A stretch of DNA of 64,000 nucleotides, taken from NCBI RefSeq assembly GCF_023055435.1, contig NW_025964334.1, forward strand, positions 25,668,001-25,732,000. Direction: 5' to 3'. This DNA comes from Haliotis rufescens (lineage: Eukaryota). This document shows, piece after piece, positions 12,861 to 26,368 of the stretch (positions are counted from its first letter, which is position 1; each line of letters begins with the position of its first letter). Under the pieces are notes generated by a model. The model was given only the letters and a program-made list of their open reading frames with translations, was not told the DNA's origin and made no database searches. A program made the position numbers and the translations under genes.

Positions 12861-13110
12861 AACCGTGAAGATCTGGGTTAGAATTGGTCTTCAGCAACCC
12901 ATGCTTGCCGTAAAAGGCGACTTTGCTTGACGTAAGAGACGACTAAAGGGATCGGGTGGTCAGGTTCACTGACTTGGTTGAAGCATGTCATCGTATCCCA
13001 ATTGCGTAGATCGATGCTCATGATGTCAATCACTGGATTGTCTTGTCCAGACTCGATTATTTACAGACAGCTGGGATATTACTGAGTGCGGCGTTAAACA
13101 ACAAACAAAC
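12861..13110 (+). mobile_element. SINE family A
   Basis: Full length, with a short deletion near the tail. Confidence 0.9.
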
Positions 13111-13723
13111 AAAGACCATATTCCGTCTTTTGTTATTTAAGAAACTACTTTTGCTTTCGGCGTTAGAGGGAAGTTCACAACAAAATATACAGGTGTGGAT
13201 TATCACAAAAACAAAGGAGAAACTCTAAACGTTAAAATCAGACTAAATATAATGTCTCCAATGACGTCACTGACAATAAAGCCCTAGCTCTTTATATTTC
13301 CACATCTACACATGGACGAAAAGACAACGTCAATATTACCCAGTACGACCCACTGGTGAAGAAGTTAGCGCTCTACACCAACGTTTCATTGTATAGATCG
13401 GGCAAATCTGCTTCAACCACTAATACCCCCACAACTATATTTAGAATACAGAACTGTTCGTCGTGCACCGTAGTGGCATCACGTACCACTGCAAACGCAG
13501 TAAGCCGCGACACCATTACGTGACCCGAGAGAGGTATGAGGAATCGGACAACGTTGGGGGCGGATTGTGGTTAGAACATGTGGTCCGATTTGTTCGTGTC
13601 TCCCTCTATTTGCACATTTCAAAGCCAGCAGTTTTGATTCAAAGACAATCGGGAATGTTTGTTGTGAAAACTTGTTTGAGTAATGCGATTCAGCAATGAC
13701 ACATAAGAATGGAGGAAAGGAAC

Positions 13724-14115
13724 ATGAATGATGATAAATATAGAACAGGAATAAATTATGCTAAAAAGATTGTTATGGAGTCTTCAAATCAATGTCTATC
13801 GGTTAAGGGTTAAAGCGTAATAACCCACCAACTCACTCACTCACTCACTCACTCACCCACCCACCCACTTACTCACTCACTCACTCACACACTGACTCAC
13901 CCACCCACCCACTCATGAATGAATGAATGAATGAATAATGATAAATATAGAACATGAATAATTAATGATAAAATATTGTTATGTATAGTCTTAATGTCTA
14001 TCGGTTAAGGGTTAAAGAGTAAAAACCCACCAACTCACTCACCCAATCACTCATGCACTCACCCACCCACTCATGCACTCACCCACCCATCCACTCACTA
14101 ACTCACTCACTCACT
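13724..14115 (+). repeat. ~200-bp tandem duplication with (CACT/CACC)n tracts
   Basis: aatgtctatcggttaagggttaaag present twice. Confidence 0.85.
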
Positions 14116-14329
14116 TGGAAGTCAAATGGAAGCAAGTTTTGCATCAAGTCATTCAAACAACACTGCCACCTCGGGACGATAAGGCATCACAGGTACCCTA
14201 ATTACATATCTGGGGACAGTGTCACATGACACTTTACCTTATCCCGGCTATAACGAAGACGGCTATAGCGAAAAAAAGGCTGTGATGAACTTAAATTCAA
14301 CCCCAACCTGAACCACGGACGAGTAAATA

Positions 14330-14505
14330 CAGTAAAGTACGGTTATAACGAACTCAAAGGGACTACTAATTTTAGTTCGTTATAACCGTAGTTCGTTATA
14401 AGCATGTATACAGTATAACAACAGCAAATAGTCGGGACCAAAAAAGTAAGTTCGTTATATCCGTCAGTTCGTTATAAGCGTGTTCGTTATAACCGTAGTT
14501 TACTG
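14330..14505. mobile_element. Tc1/mariner-type MITE (CAGTAAACTACGGTTATAACGAAC family)
   Basis: ~24-bp TIRs, TA on both sides, internal GTTCGTTATA repeats. Confidence 0.88.
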
Positions 14506-15058
14506 TAACATTATCGATGTAAATAACGAACCGATTTTATAAATTCTTATTTATCATTTTTGGAGTATTCTTTCACCCTCTAAAACACTACATGTACAGG
14601 AGCATGGAGCCAAGCCTACTCCAATACACCGCATCAACACCGAGTGCATGAAAATCATGACTGACGGTGATCTGGGACGGTGTGTACATAGGATCCTTGC
14701 TTATATATAGACTACATCACACATAACCGCTGTCAATACCACCCTGTACAGACAGACACAGGCAATGTTTACATGTACTCCTTTTATATTATCCTATCTG
14801 ATAACTACACACATACATCTGTCTCTCTGTCGGGAAGAGGAAAACATCATCACTGAGTGTGTATCCTGCCTGATTGTGCAACGGTGTCACATATCAAATT
14901 TTGTAAGCATAAACTATAGATAACCAAACCAATAGGCAACACATAGACTTAACAAAATACTTAGGAATCAGGAATATTTTCGGGAATATTTTTCTAATGA
15001 TATTGTGTTTTTTAAAATATCCCCAAAATATTCTTGATACCTAACTTTGTTCAGTATA

Positions 15059-15267
15059 CAGTAAACTACGGTTATAACAAACTCAAAGGGACCACTAATT
15101 TAAGTTCGTTTTAACCGTAGTTCGTTATATAAGAAATAAACGATGAGTGGGAGTTGTATATAAGCATATATACAGCATAAATGCAGCAAATGGCCGGCAC
15201 CAAAAAATAAGTTCGCTATATCCGTCAGGTTGTTATAAGCATGTTCGTTATAAAACGTATTTTACTG
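15059..15267. mobile_element. MITE, same family as 14330
   Basis: TIRs and TA flanks. Confidence 0.85.
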
Positions 15268-15274
15268 TATATTA

Positions 15275-15600
15275 CCGTATTTCCTCTATTAGACGCCCGG
15301 GCTTCTATGTATTTCGGACAAGCCTTTGACCCGGGGTCAATTAGAGGCCCGGCTTCTATTGGAGGCCCGGCTTCTATTAATACCCCCATTTCACTATGAC
15401 CACGAATGTCCCGAATCGTCACGAAATGGAAATATTTTGTGTTCGTAGATATCCGTAGATATATCTCAATCAATTCTCGAAGTCCGTAGTTGAATCTTAT
15501 TTGATTCCCGGCGTCTATTAGAGGCCCGGCTTCTATTTCTTGCACTGAACAATTGACCGGGCTTCTATTAGATTCCCGCCGTCTAATAGAGGAAATACCG
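15275..15600. mobile_element. Tc1/mariner-type MITE (CCGTATTTCCTCTATTAGACG TIR)
   Basis: 21-bp near-perfect TIRs, TA flanks, internal GAGGCCCGGCTTCTATT repeats. Confidence 0.88.
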
Positions 15601-16429
15601 TATTTGGAAACCTTAGTTACAAGTCGTCCTTACACCAAGTAAATGCCCTATAGTCCGACAACCCTGGTTATTGGGCGATTATTGTATGAAATATATACAT
15701 TCAAACGAGTGGGTGATTAAGGTTTAACGCCGCTTGAATGTTATCTTAGTTGTACAATGACTTATTATTCAGGATCAATACGGAAAAGTGTAAATCCGAA
15801 CAAATTCACATGGAACGGTCCCGTCCGGTTTAACGAGGTTTCTTGGTAAACTCTACGCTTCAACTATCCTCGCTTTATGAATCGGTGCCCTAGCTACAGC
15901 GCACAGCAACCAGACCTCGTGTTGTGCCGACTTTGTGTCACGAATTGTTAGTACTCTATTAGTTTCCCACTATTTATATGTATTACGTAGCGGGGAGATA
16001 ACCTTTAGATGCCCTCATAATTTGTTTCACGCCGCGTTATGCAATCGAAACTGCGGACTTCCTCAAATCGTGCACTGTTTATGACGGTGCGGGTGCAAAT
16101 TCTACCTTTCCGAATAGGCCTGCAGTAAATGGAACCTGCCGGGCAAAAGAAAGTATACACCGGTGGTTGATTGCGGCTAAGAACGAAACAAACAAGAAAA
16201 TGGTTATTCCATGACGATGTATTTGGTATGGGTATCATAGTTGTGATTTGGACTGAAGTTTGCTGTGTTTCGGCGACTGTTTTCAGCCTAGTAACGTTTT
16301 GATACAATTGTCATTTTGGGGTCATATCCAATTTTCAAATGGTACTTTCTCTTGCCCGGCAGTGTATTTCAGGCGCTGTTTTTCAGCATGTCCGCTATTG
16401 TTTGCAGACATGAGTAGTAGTTGTATGTA

Positions 16430-16870
16430 TGTTGCATTTATCTGCTACATTAACCTGTGTCATTTACCCGTTACATTTATCTGTTATATTTACCCGTTGC
16501 ATTTACCTATTTCATTTACCCTTTGCATTTATCTGTTGCATTTACCTGCGACATTACCTGTGTCATTTACCCGTTACATTTACCTGTTGGCTTTAGCCGT
16601 TACATTTACCCGTCGCATTTACCTGTAGGCTTTAGCCGTTACCTTTTCCCGTTACATTTACCTGTTGGCTTTAGCCGTTACATTTACCCGTCGCATTTAC
16701 CTGTAGGCTTTAGCCGTTACATTTACCTGGTGCTTTTACCTGTTGGCTTTAGCCGTTACATTTACCCGTTGCATTTACCTGTTGGCTTTAGCCGTTACAT
16801 TTACCCGTCGCATTTACCTGTTGGCTTTAGCCGTTACATTTACCCGTTGCATTTACCTGGTGCATTTACA
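16430..16870 (+). repeat. 13-bp-subunit (39-bp higher order) repeat, CATTTACC core
   Basis: Directly visible. Confidence 0.9.
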
Positions 16871-17440
16871 TGTTCCTTGCATCCCCCTCGTATATTGTGT
16901 GTTACTCATTCAGTCAACAAATATCAGTTCATATTATGCCTCAAAGTGAGATTTACCAATCAGGGAGCAGAACTACTAATCCATATGAGCCCGTATACAT
17001 ACCGTTAGTAAAAATCCAAGACGGTTGTTACTGACCAAATATGAGACCTATACCGTTAGTAACAGCCTCACGCCTGGCCCAATATTTTTCTGCTAACCGA
17101 ATATGACACCATATACGGCAACTAAAGACACCACAACTAATAATATTGACCAAATAAGGATTGGTAATGATTTCACCATACCCTAACCTAAAGTAACCAC
17201 CGAGTAGGACGTGATGCAAAGCTGCTCTGCATGACGCTACTTAGACGCCCGTTACCTGGAAACCGTTGATGAGACCGTATTTGCTCTTTGAGGAAATAAA
17301 TCGTGTTTCAAACACCAAGGACGTCAAGCCATCTGTTGCCATTACAACATAACAAATACGAGTATGTTTTAAATGAGGTCACCACTTATGGTTGCAATAT
17401 TACCTCCATAAAGCTCGCTTTGTATTTTCATATCCTTTTA

Positions 17441-17690
17441 GACCCGTGAAGATCCGGGGTAGAATAGGTCTTTAGCAACCCATGCTTGCCGTAAAAGGCG
17501 ACTATGCTTGTCGTAAGAGGTGACTAACGGGATCGGGTGGTCAGGGTCGCTGATTTGGTTGATGCATGTCAATGTATACCAATTGCGTAGATCGATGCTC
17601 ATGATGTCAATCACTGGATTGTCTTGTCCAGACTCGATTATTTACAGACAGCTGGAATATACTGAGTGCGGCGTTAAACAAAAAAACAAA
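17441..17690 (+). mobile_element. SINE family A
   Basis: Full length, with the same tail deletion as the 12861 copy. Confidence 0.9.
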
Positions 17691-18432
17691 AAAGACCATA
17701 TTCAGTATTTTGTTATTTAAGAAACAACTTTTGCTTTCGGCGTTAGAGGGAGGTTCACGAACAAAATATACAGGTGTGGATTATCGCAAAAGAAAAGAAG
17801 AAATAATTGACACCGGATGCTCAAATTGGATGGAGGATGTCTCCAGGATAGAAAAAGAAGAAGATATTTTATTAAAGTGTCACACACATATAAATGTGTC
17901 AGGCCAGATTTGGCCTATGAGACACTACAATTTAATAAATGTCTGTTAACATATAGTTTAAGATATTGGTTTAAAGTATATAAAGGTAACAATGACAATT
18001 ATCTATCATGTATGCTGAAAGACTCGCATGGCAGGTTGGATTCCCAGTTGCATTCTGCCTGCCATGTTGTAGTGTATCATCGTACCCCTGCCTAGTATGT
18101 CGTCACACCCCTTCCGAGTCTATAGTAACTGTGTCACTGTTACAATTCCACCACCCAACACACTGACATTGAACATAGCAACAGTTGTTCACTTTGTATT
18201 TATCGTAACTGTTTTGGGTAATCAGGATAGCTCAGTGGGCAGTACCCGCCCTCTCTTGTCATACAGCAGACCGGGTTTTGTTCTTAACGTATTTAAGTTT
18301 TACAGCCATACCCTTTTAGCATAATTAGCTTCGATATTATGGTTAGCTGGTAGAGCAGAGTGGACAGCTTTGTATACTCTCTGTATTCCGCTACGTGTGA
18401 TAATTACGCACCGAGGAATCGGGTAGGGTGAA

Positions 18433-18693
18433 GTTTGTTTGTTTGTTGTTTAACGCCACAATATAATATTCCAGCTATAGATTGTGGTCTGTAAATAATG
18501 GAATCTGGACCAGACAATCAAGTGATTGACATCATGAGCATTGATCCACGCAACTGGGATACGATGACATGCACCAACCAAGTCAGCGAGCCTGACCACC
18601 CGATCCCGTTAGTCTCCTTGACGACAAGCATAGTCGCCTTTTACGGCAAGAAAGGGTTTCTGAAGACCTATTCTAACCCGTATCTTCACGGGT
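18433..18693 (-). mobile_element. SINE family A
   Basis: Full length, reverse orientation. Confidence 0.9.
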
Positions 18694-19825
18694 CTGCAGG
18701 TTGAAGGGTGGCTGGGGTAGTTCAGTGGGCAGTGCCTTTCCTTGATATGCCCTCGGTCCGATTTTCCAGCTGATAAAACAGGCCCATTCACTCTCGTCCA
18801 TTGACCAAGGTTGTTACCTTTCGGGGACCACCGTGAACAGAACACGCCTCCTCTCTCGACACCTATTTCTAGCACGAGGTGAGATCAACACGGCCCATAA
18901 TATTCCAGAGTAACTCCTTAAAAACATAAACAAATATGGCGGCGTGCCTGCCATACCGCACACACCTAAATGTGATAAAGACAAACAAAGAGTGACATTG
19001 GTGTTCGCTCGGATCCCGTCAACTCCAGCCCTACTTTAAGGCATACTGTTGGTGGAATAGTTTGAATCGTCATAATTGTATCCATTTATGTTCTTTCTAA
19101 AAATAATTTAAAAAACGACGTGTCTTGTGATAAAAAGTACGACCACAAATATTGTTAAACTTGTCAACACGCTACGTTGCTGCCACGTAGGTCAATATGA
19201 CTCGTGTTGATCGCGCATGGCCTCTTATTGTGAATCCGAGGTTGTGCAAGTTCAGAAATATGAGTTCCGATTGATTTACAGGCTTCGAACCTTGAGATTT
19301 GGACTTCGTTGGTCTTCCAAATGACAACACACTGAAAGCAGCCCTAACTTAACACAATGAACGCAACCCTCAACTTAAAAGGTATTTCACTGAACACAAG
19401 AGACGCTTATCTTCTGATCACATACAGAATATATCTATGTATATGGCTGATTACTACCCCCTGCCTCCACACCTCCAACACGCGGAGACAGGAGGCTTAG
19501 ATCTACAACAGCCCACCAGACAACCGCGGTATGCTTATCGTGGGAGGAAGCCCCTTACGTCGAGGGAGCGTCGTGTCACGCCCATTGTACAGAATGATAC
19601 ATTTCTGAATACGATTTTGGGATATTTACAATTCTTACTTTAAGCCATTGTTTGTTCTATGTGTGCTTTGACAAGTGCTCGTTTCACGTGGGTGTTACAC
19701 GGTGTATAAAGAATGTAGGCCCCTCCTTATTGTATCTGCAATGGTATAGTGTTATACACGTGATTATCAAGGATTTTGTTATCTGTCACCAAGAATATAC
19801 CTTCGAGGGCGAGAGCAGGGTGGTG

Positions 19826-19829
<4 letters not shown>

Positions 19830-19896
<67 letters not shown>
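19830..19896 (+). repeat. (GA)n microsatellite
   Basis: Directly visible. Confidence 0.97.
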
Positions 19897-19901
<5 letters not shown>

Positions 19902-22884
19902 CTTATGTAGGGCTATTATTGGCGCTATGGTGTAGACGTCTCATTAATGAGTTCTGATAACTGTGATCGATGGTACACGTCGATTCGGGCCGACGACCAG
20001 CGGAGCCTGATATGACTAAGGGACGCAACTCTGCGCCTCAATCCATATGAACATATATTACAAAATCGAAAACGGGTAAATGCACGAACACTACACTTTC
20101 TCCATAGGCAGCACGGCGCAGATGAGGATGGCAACTGCAACGGCGACATACACCAAACACAAACACTACCTCGACTGTGCACGTAACCCAACATTGATGT
20201 ATTGCGACAAAGAACAATTTTAAACAATTGGCAAAAAGAAATTCCCATGAAAAGGTCACATCATTAGCCCGACGCCTGCGTTACGTGTAGTTTATATGTA
20301 GACACACTTCTCAAATTGTTCAAGGTCAAAATGAAAATACCATTTTTGTTTAAGTCGTGCAGTATTATATCATAAGGTTTATCGGGTGTGCCTCTTAACG
20401 GCAACACGCCATTACCGCCATTTCAAAACAAAACACCAAAACGTGCTCGCCGATATGCGGTGTTTTGTCGGTACACATTAATATTTAAGTAGACCCGATA
20501 GGAGGATAGATAAACAATTTAAACGGAAGGTTGCATGAGCAAGAAGGAAATATATTACTGTTTGTATCAGCACAGCTCATTATGACGGTGAACGATTTAG
20601 ATAAAACCCTTGAAACTTTCCTCAATCTCTGACGACGGAGCTATGGTGATTGCTAGGAGAGGCTCCGATTGGCCACGGAAACACCCGATGATAGGAAGCG
20701 CAAAAACTGCCAGCTTTATCTCAACAAGGGTGGTTGATATTAGATTTATTACACAGCACAATGGTTCTGCTCAGTTGCATGGATGTTGTGTTTGAACAAG
20801 CATATTGATATCCACGTGGCTGCAGATAACAGCTACACCCCATGGACGACAAAATCTGACGTCGACGCAGACGACCAATACGACCTCGTTGAAGTCAAAT
20901 CAAATGTAAAATGTTTCAAAATAACCTTACATCTTACATCTGTGGTCCGTGGTTTCAAGCAAGGCGCTAAATACAACATCTAGGTTGGGCAGACACTGCA
21001 TGGAGAGCGACAGTGATGCACTCTGTCACTTATCTATTTAGGATGGCTTAAGTTTACTCCTCGAAAATGTTAAATACATTTACGCTTCGGTACATTTCAT
21101 TAATCCAATGTTACCCTTGCAGAGAGAGTGTTTAAAATGGGCAAATAACTAACACACTTCCCGGGCTCCCTGACAAGCAGACGTAATTATATCCTATTTA
21201 ACTTCCACCCTTTTGCTTCACTACAGGTGTTTTGATGGCGATGTTATCCTCCTTCCCTGAGGTTTGAGGGGGCTCAACAATCTGGTAAATATCTCACTTA
21301 TACGTTAAGGCCACGTTAGCATACTAGTACAGTACCGGACAGAAATAAGTGTCCGTTATCAGTTTTGGACACAACAAATGGTTCTAGCGCATGAATGGAA
21401 TTGTCTCAGATGTTGTTTATATAGTTATAACAGCAGCCGATCACTTGTTGATAAGGACCGATCCTCACGAACCGTACTTGTGATGTTACGATTAACCTAG
21501 CCTTGCTTCAAGGCTGTACTGAATATAAGTCCATGGATGTATAGTAATTCTATTCTCATACTAGGCAAGTCTAGATAAACGCATGGTAGTCTTTTGTAGG
21601 CACATCTACTTATTATTTATATAATATAGGGTTTGTGATTTAAACTATTCCTTAGAGACTTTGTAAGTCTACAATTCACCGCACGTTAGGTACACCACGA
21701 CATCCCATGTCCCGATGCGAGAATATCCATACACATCTTCACGAGGCAAGCGTGTCCACGATCCTATTTCAGAGCCTAGACTGGAAAGCAGACTTTGATA
21801 AATTGGCTAGTGGACGCCGTTGCCTCGGGAAGATGAGCCATCCACAGCATACAATTATATATATGGGTAACGTGTAAATGGTATGAATATACATAGTAAA
21901 ATACTAAAACAAATTGTGTACAAGGGTATGGGGCTACTGTTTTCTCTGAATGACTTAGTTTACTAAATGTGCTTTAGTTTGACTACTGCTACTGATTTCT
22001 TTCGACGGAAACATTTCAGTGTCGAGTGTTCGTATTGTTCATCGTGTCGCAACGAAGGTTATGGTTACAATACAATGTTTGTTTTCTTGTTAATCCGACA
22101 TTGTTGGTTGCATGTGAAAACGTAACAGCGGGCGACTTTCTTTTCAGAATTATCTCCCTTGTCTAACTGCTCGTGCAAGCTCCTCATAGCGATAGCCCGT
22201 TCGCGGAGCTCTCTATACCGAGAGTTTAACGAAGGTGTCACGCGCTGGGAATGAGCTTGACTGCTCGTGATGTGGACTCGGATCTTAATTACGTCTGTTG
22301 ATACTTTACACCAAAGCGGTTTTGCCACAAGCAGGACAACTGTGCAATACAGGATGAAACACGATGCATGAATACAATCTATAACAATACTTAGAAGGGA
22401 TACCAAAGAAACGTTCACAGATCCAAAATTGCCATTTATGTAAAGAACGCAACACAGTCACGAAAGCAATTAAACTAGTTTCCATCTTATTTTGCAGAGA
22501 CGCTAGGGAGTCTCATATTATATGCGATGTCAGTTGGAAAATCGCACTTCTGTTTAATAGTGATAACGGTTGTGTTTATTGATGCAATGCTGAACAGATG
22601 TTCGCTATCAGTGTTATATGGGACGTGAATATTTTTTTTTATCACAATATGTATTCACCTCATTGATCTAGGCTGTACATAGGGCACACTTACAGGGCAT
22701 ATTCTCAAACGTTATACGAGTCAGAGATTGAGCGAGTAATTGTGTCTTGTGCCGGAGTCAGTAAGGTAAAACCACGGCGGCCTGTCAAGGATCGAGTCTG
22801 GGCCAGACAGACCGGTGACGGATTACTTGAGCAACGATCCGGGAAACTGTGGCAACGATAAGCGACAACAGAGTCAGTGACCTA

Positions 22885-23162
22885 CTATGACAACGATGAG
22901 TGTCCATGACAACGACAATGAGTATCCATGACAACGACAAGTTGTATCCATGACAACGATAATGAGTATTGATGGCAACGGCAATGACTATCCATGACAA
23001 CGACAATGTGTATTCTTTGACCACGACAATGAGTATCCATGACAACGACAATGAGTATCCATGACAATGATAATGAGTATTGATGGCAACGACAATGACA
23101 ATCCATGACAACGACAATGTGTATCGACTAAAACTACGACGTGTATACATGGCAACGACAAT
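22885..23162 (+). repeat. 22-bp tandem repeat ACAACGACAATGAGTATCCATG
   Basis: Directly visible. Confidence 0.9.
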
Positions 23163-23370
23163 TATATTAACGTCAAATATTCGCATAACAAAAACAATGG
23201 TCATCAGCCTTGACAATGACCATATATTTCAACTATTATAATCATTCATTAACTACTTGCGTAGAACATACATAAGTACCAAGATCAGAATCAACATGTT
23301 TTGTATCTGTGTGTCCGTTATCTCTCATGTAGTATGTAACGTATACGGCCAAGGGGATGCCGTTGACAGC

Positions 23371-23620
23371 ACCCGTGAAGATCCGGGGTAGAATAGGTCT
23401 TCAACAACCCATAAAAGGCGACTATGCTTGTCGTGAGAGGCGACTAACGGGATCGGGTGGTCAGGCTCGGTGACTTGGTTTATGCATGTCATCGCATCCC
23501 AATTGCGTGGATCGATGCTCATGATGTCAATCACTGGATTGTCTGGTCCAGACTTGATTATTTACAGACCGCCGTTATATAGCTGGAATATTGCTGAGTG
23601 CGACGTTAAACAATATACCA
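23371..23620 (+). mobile_element. SINE family A
   Basis: Starts ACCCGTGAAGATCC, with the family tail. Confidence 0.9.
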
Positions 23621-24087
23621 AAAAAATGTTGACAATCATCCAAGGAAGAAGAGTTACTCAGATCTGCACGTGACTGACCCATCCCTGGGAGACAAGGGGG
23701 AAGGAAGCAACCTCTTAAAGCATCCCCTCCCCTCCGTCCCCGCGCGTCCCATGCAGCTGATAACATCTATATGGAGCAGGTCACCCCGCCCTAGGGATGT
23801 CACGTGACAGCTCTATAACCAAGACACAGATTCAATATTACTCGCGCTATATTGCGGCACTCATGCATGTTTATAGCTCATTTAGCATTGATTACAGATT
23901 GGACCGACAATTCTCTTTGTAGGTTGTCATGTGCCACGATATTATAGCTGTAGTACACGATGGGGTGTTTCTACGGGAATGTTAGCCAGGCAGTACTTGG
24001 TAACACTTTGACTAGGATTAATAATAGCACGTGTGTGAACTTAGATCTGTTATGTTTGATGCTTTCAAAGAGTACACCATGTCACTG

Positions 24088-24340
24088 TGAGTGAGTGAGT
24101 TAGTTGGTTTAACGCCGCTTTGAACAGTATTCTAGTTATATCACGGGCATAAGCTTACTGTGGGAGGAAAGCCTGACGTGATGCAGGTCTCAGACGTTTA
24201 CCACTTGGTGAAACCGACCAGCACGGGTATATGGTGCTGACAGATCTTGAAACATAATCAGGGGGAATCGGAATTCTACACCACGATCATAGGATCCTAG
24301 CGTGCCCAAGGGACACAACTCTTCACAGCGAATCGTGGCA
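24088..24340 (-). mobile_element. SINE family D, diverged
   Basis: Reverse similarity to the 4833 copy. Confidence 0.8.
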
Positions 24341-24752
24341 CCCATGCCCCTACTTGTCGCTGTAGTGACTTCAAACTTGTGAAACACTGACGTTTTGTGT
24401 TGATGAGGGAACATTATAAATGTGATCATTTTTTACTCAAATGAATAAACATGCTTCAATGTAGAATGTACGCGCGCACACATGCTGTAATAAACACAAT
24501 ATAGACGCTGGACATCTCTTGTGTATGGATGTTACAGGCGATGACCGGTATAGTTTGAAATTGACTCAGATAGCTTCACGGATGGTCTAAATAAAGCAAA
24601 AACAAAGACAAACCCGTGGTTGATAAATAGAGGATAAATCACGAGTGTTTTTTTTAATATGGGAAATATCAACCGATTTTTAGTTAATCGGTATTTGCTG
24701 ATCATGTTTTTATGTCATAAGATTATGTCATTGATAAATGCTTTAGTTAAAT

Positions 24753-25212
24753 GATAAAATGAACAACGACACCGCCGTCATACCAGACAAACCAGTGGTT
24801 GATGAAATAAACGACGACACCGCCGTCAGACCAAACAAACCAGTGGTTTATAAAATGAACGACGATACCGCCGTCAGACCAAACAAACCAGTGGTTGATA
24901 AAATGAACAACGATACCGCCGTCAGACCAAACAAACCAGTGGTTGATAAAATGAACAACGACACCGCCGTCAGATCAGACAAACCAGTGGTTGATAAAAT
25001 GAACAACGCCACCGCCGTCAGACCAGACAAACCAGTGGTTGATAAAATGAACAACGACACCGCCGTCAGATCAGACAAACCAGTGGTTGATAAAATGAAC
25101 AACGCCACCGCCGTCAGACCAGACAAACCAGTGGTTGATAAAATGAACAACGCCACCGCCGTCAGACCAGACAAATCAGTGGTTGATAAAATGAACAACG
25201 ACACCGCCGTCG
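24753..25212 (+). repeat. 48-bp tandem repeat, ~9.5 units
   Basis: 16-aa periodicity in the ORF track. Confidence 0.95.
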
Positions 25213-25305
25213 GGTTAAATATCCATTATCAGCCAGGTCAGACATTGTACCTCTCAACTACGGATCATAACTCTGAGAAGGACCAATTTACTTAGTATAC
25301 TTACC

Positions 25306-25497
25306 GACCACCTCCGTGGTCTAGTGGTAGAGCGTCCGCCCGGAGAGCGGAAGGTCATGGTATCTCGGTGGGCTAGCACTATAAATCGGCATCAATCCGC
25401 GGACTAGTACCAGCAGCCACACAAACACACACACACACACACGCTATATAAGTGCAATAATCTTGGACGCGACATTAAACCCCATTTCACCTCACCT
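25306..25497 (+). mobile_element. SINE family C, internally deleted
   Basis: Head joined directly to the 3' part. Flanks tatacttacc / tatacctacc. Confidence 0.85.
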
Positions 25498-25918
25498 ACT
25501 ATACCTACCGAGCCGATACTGACTGTCAACGCAAAGGACACAATACTGTCACCCAGTCTGGTGTTCCACAGCAGGTTATCAGCTGATGTTCTTTTTTTCA
25601 GCGTACAGGATCACGATATTGCTCAACAGACGTCAGTAACAAACGCCCTGAAGTGAAATTTATTAGAGGTAATACATCATTATTGAAGGTGCTGTAGTAA
25701 TTTGCGCGAGTAGAATACATTTGGTTAATGATTTACGACAGATGCGGCATTTGACGTGTTCGGCGTCTGGCGGTACACACACAATAACACAATCATGACT
25801 AATGATATCTGTTGGAGATAAAAGCATATTTACCCATTCATACAAATGTTTACCCTGGGTTTTCGGGGATTTAGGCATTGGTTTCTTCCTGTTTACCCGA
25901 GGTTTTACCCTCATGTCT

Positions 25919-26100
25919 GACCGCCTCCGCGGTCTAGTGGTAGAGCGTCTGCGCGGAGAGCGGAAGGTCGGGGTTCGATCCTCTGCTCGCGTCATACCAA
26001 AAGACGTTAAAGATGGTACTTGTTGTTACCCTGTCTGGCGCTCGGCATCGAGGTGCTAAGACAAAGACTGGTAGTTAGAAAGGGCTAGCACTATAAAATA
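25919..26100 (+). mobile_element. SINE family C, 5' part
   Basis: Matches the head and body of the 5546 copy. Confidence 0.85.
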
Positions 26101-26155
26101 GGTTGAGTGAGTGAGTGAGTGAGTGAGTGAGTGAGTGAGCGAGCGAGTGGTTGAG

Positions 26156-26368
26156 NNNNNNNNNNNNNNNNNNNNNNNNNNNNNNNNNNNNNNNNNNNNN
26201 NNNNNNNNNNNNNNNNNNNNNNNNNNNNNNNNNNNNNNNNNNNNNNNNNNNNNNNNNNNNNNNNNNNNNNNNNNNNNNNNNNNNNNNNNNNNNNNNNNNN
26301 NNNNNNNNNNNNNNNNNNNNNNNNNNNNNNNNNNNNNNNNNNNNNNNNNNNNNNNNNNNNNNNNNNNN
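26156..26368. other. assembly gap next to (GAGT)n
   Basis: N run. Confidence 1.

Noticed and set aside
16260-17008. Hydrophobic repeat ORFs
   Set aside because: Products of the 13/39-bp tandem repeat.
24759-25295. 178-aa repeat ORF
   Set aside because: 48-bp tandem repeat open on both strands, with no supported gene structure.
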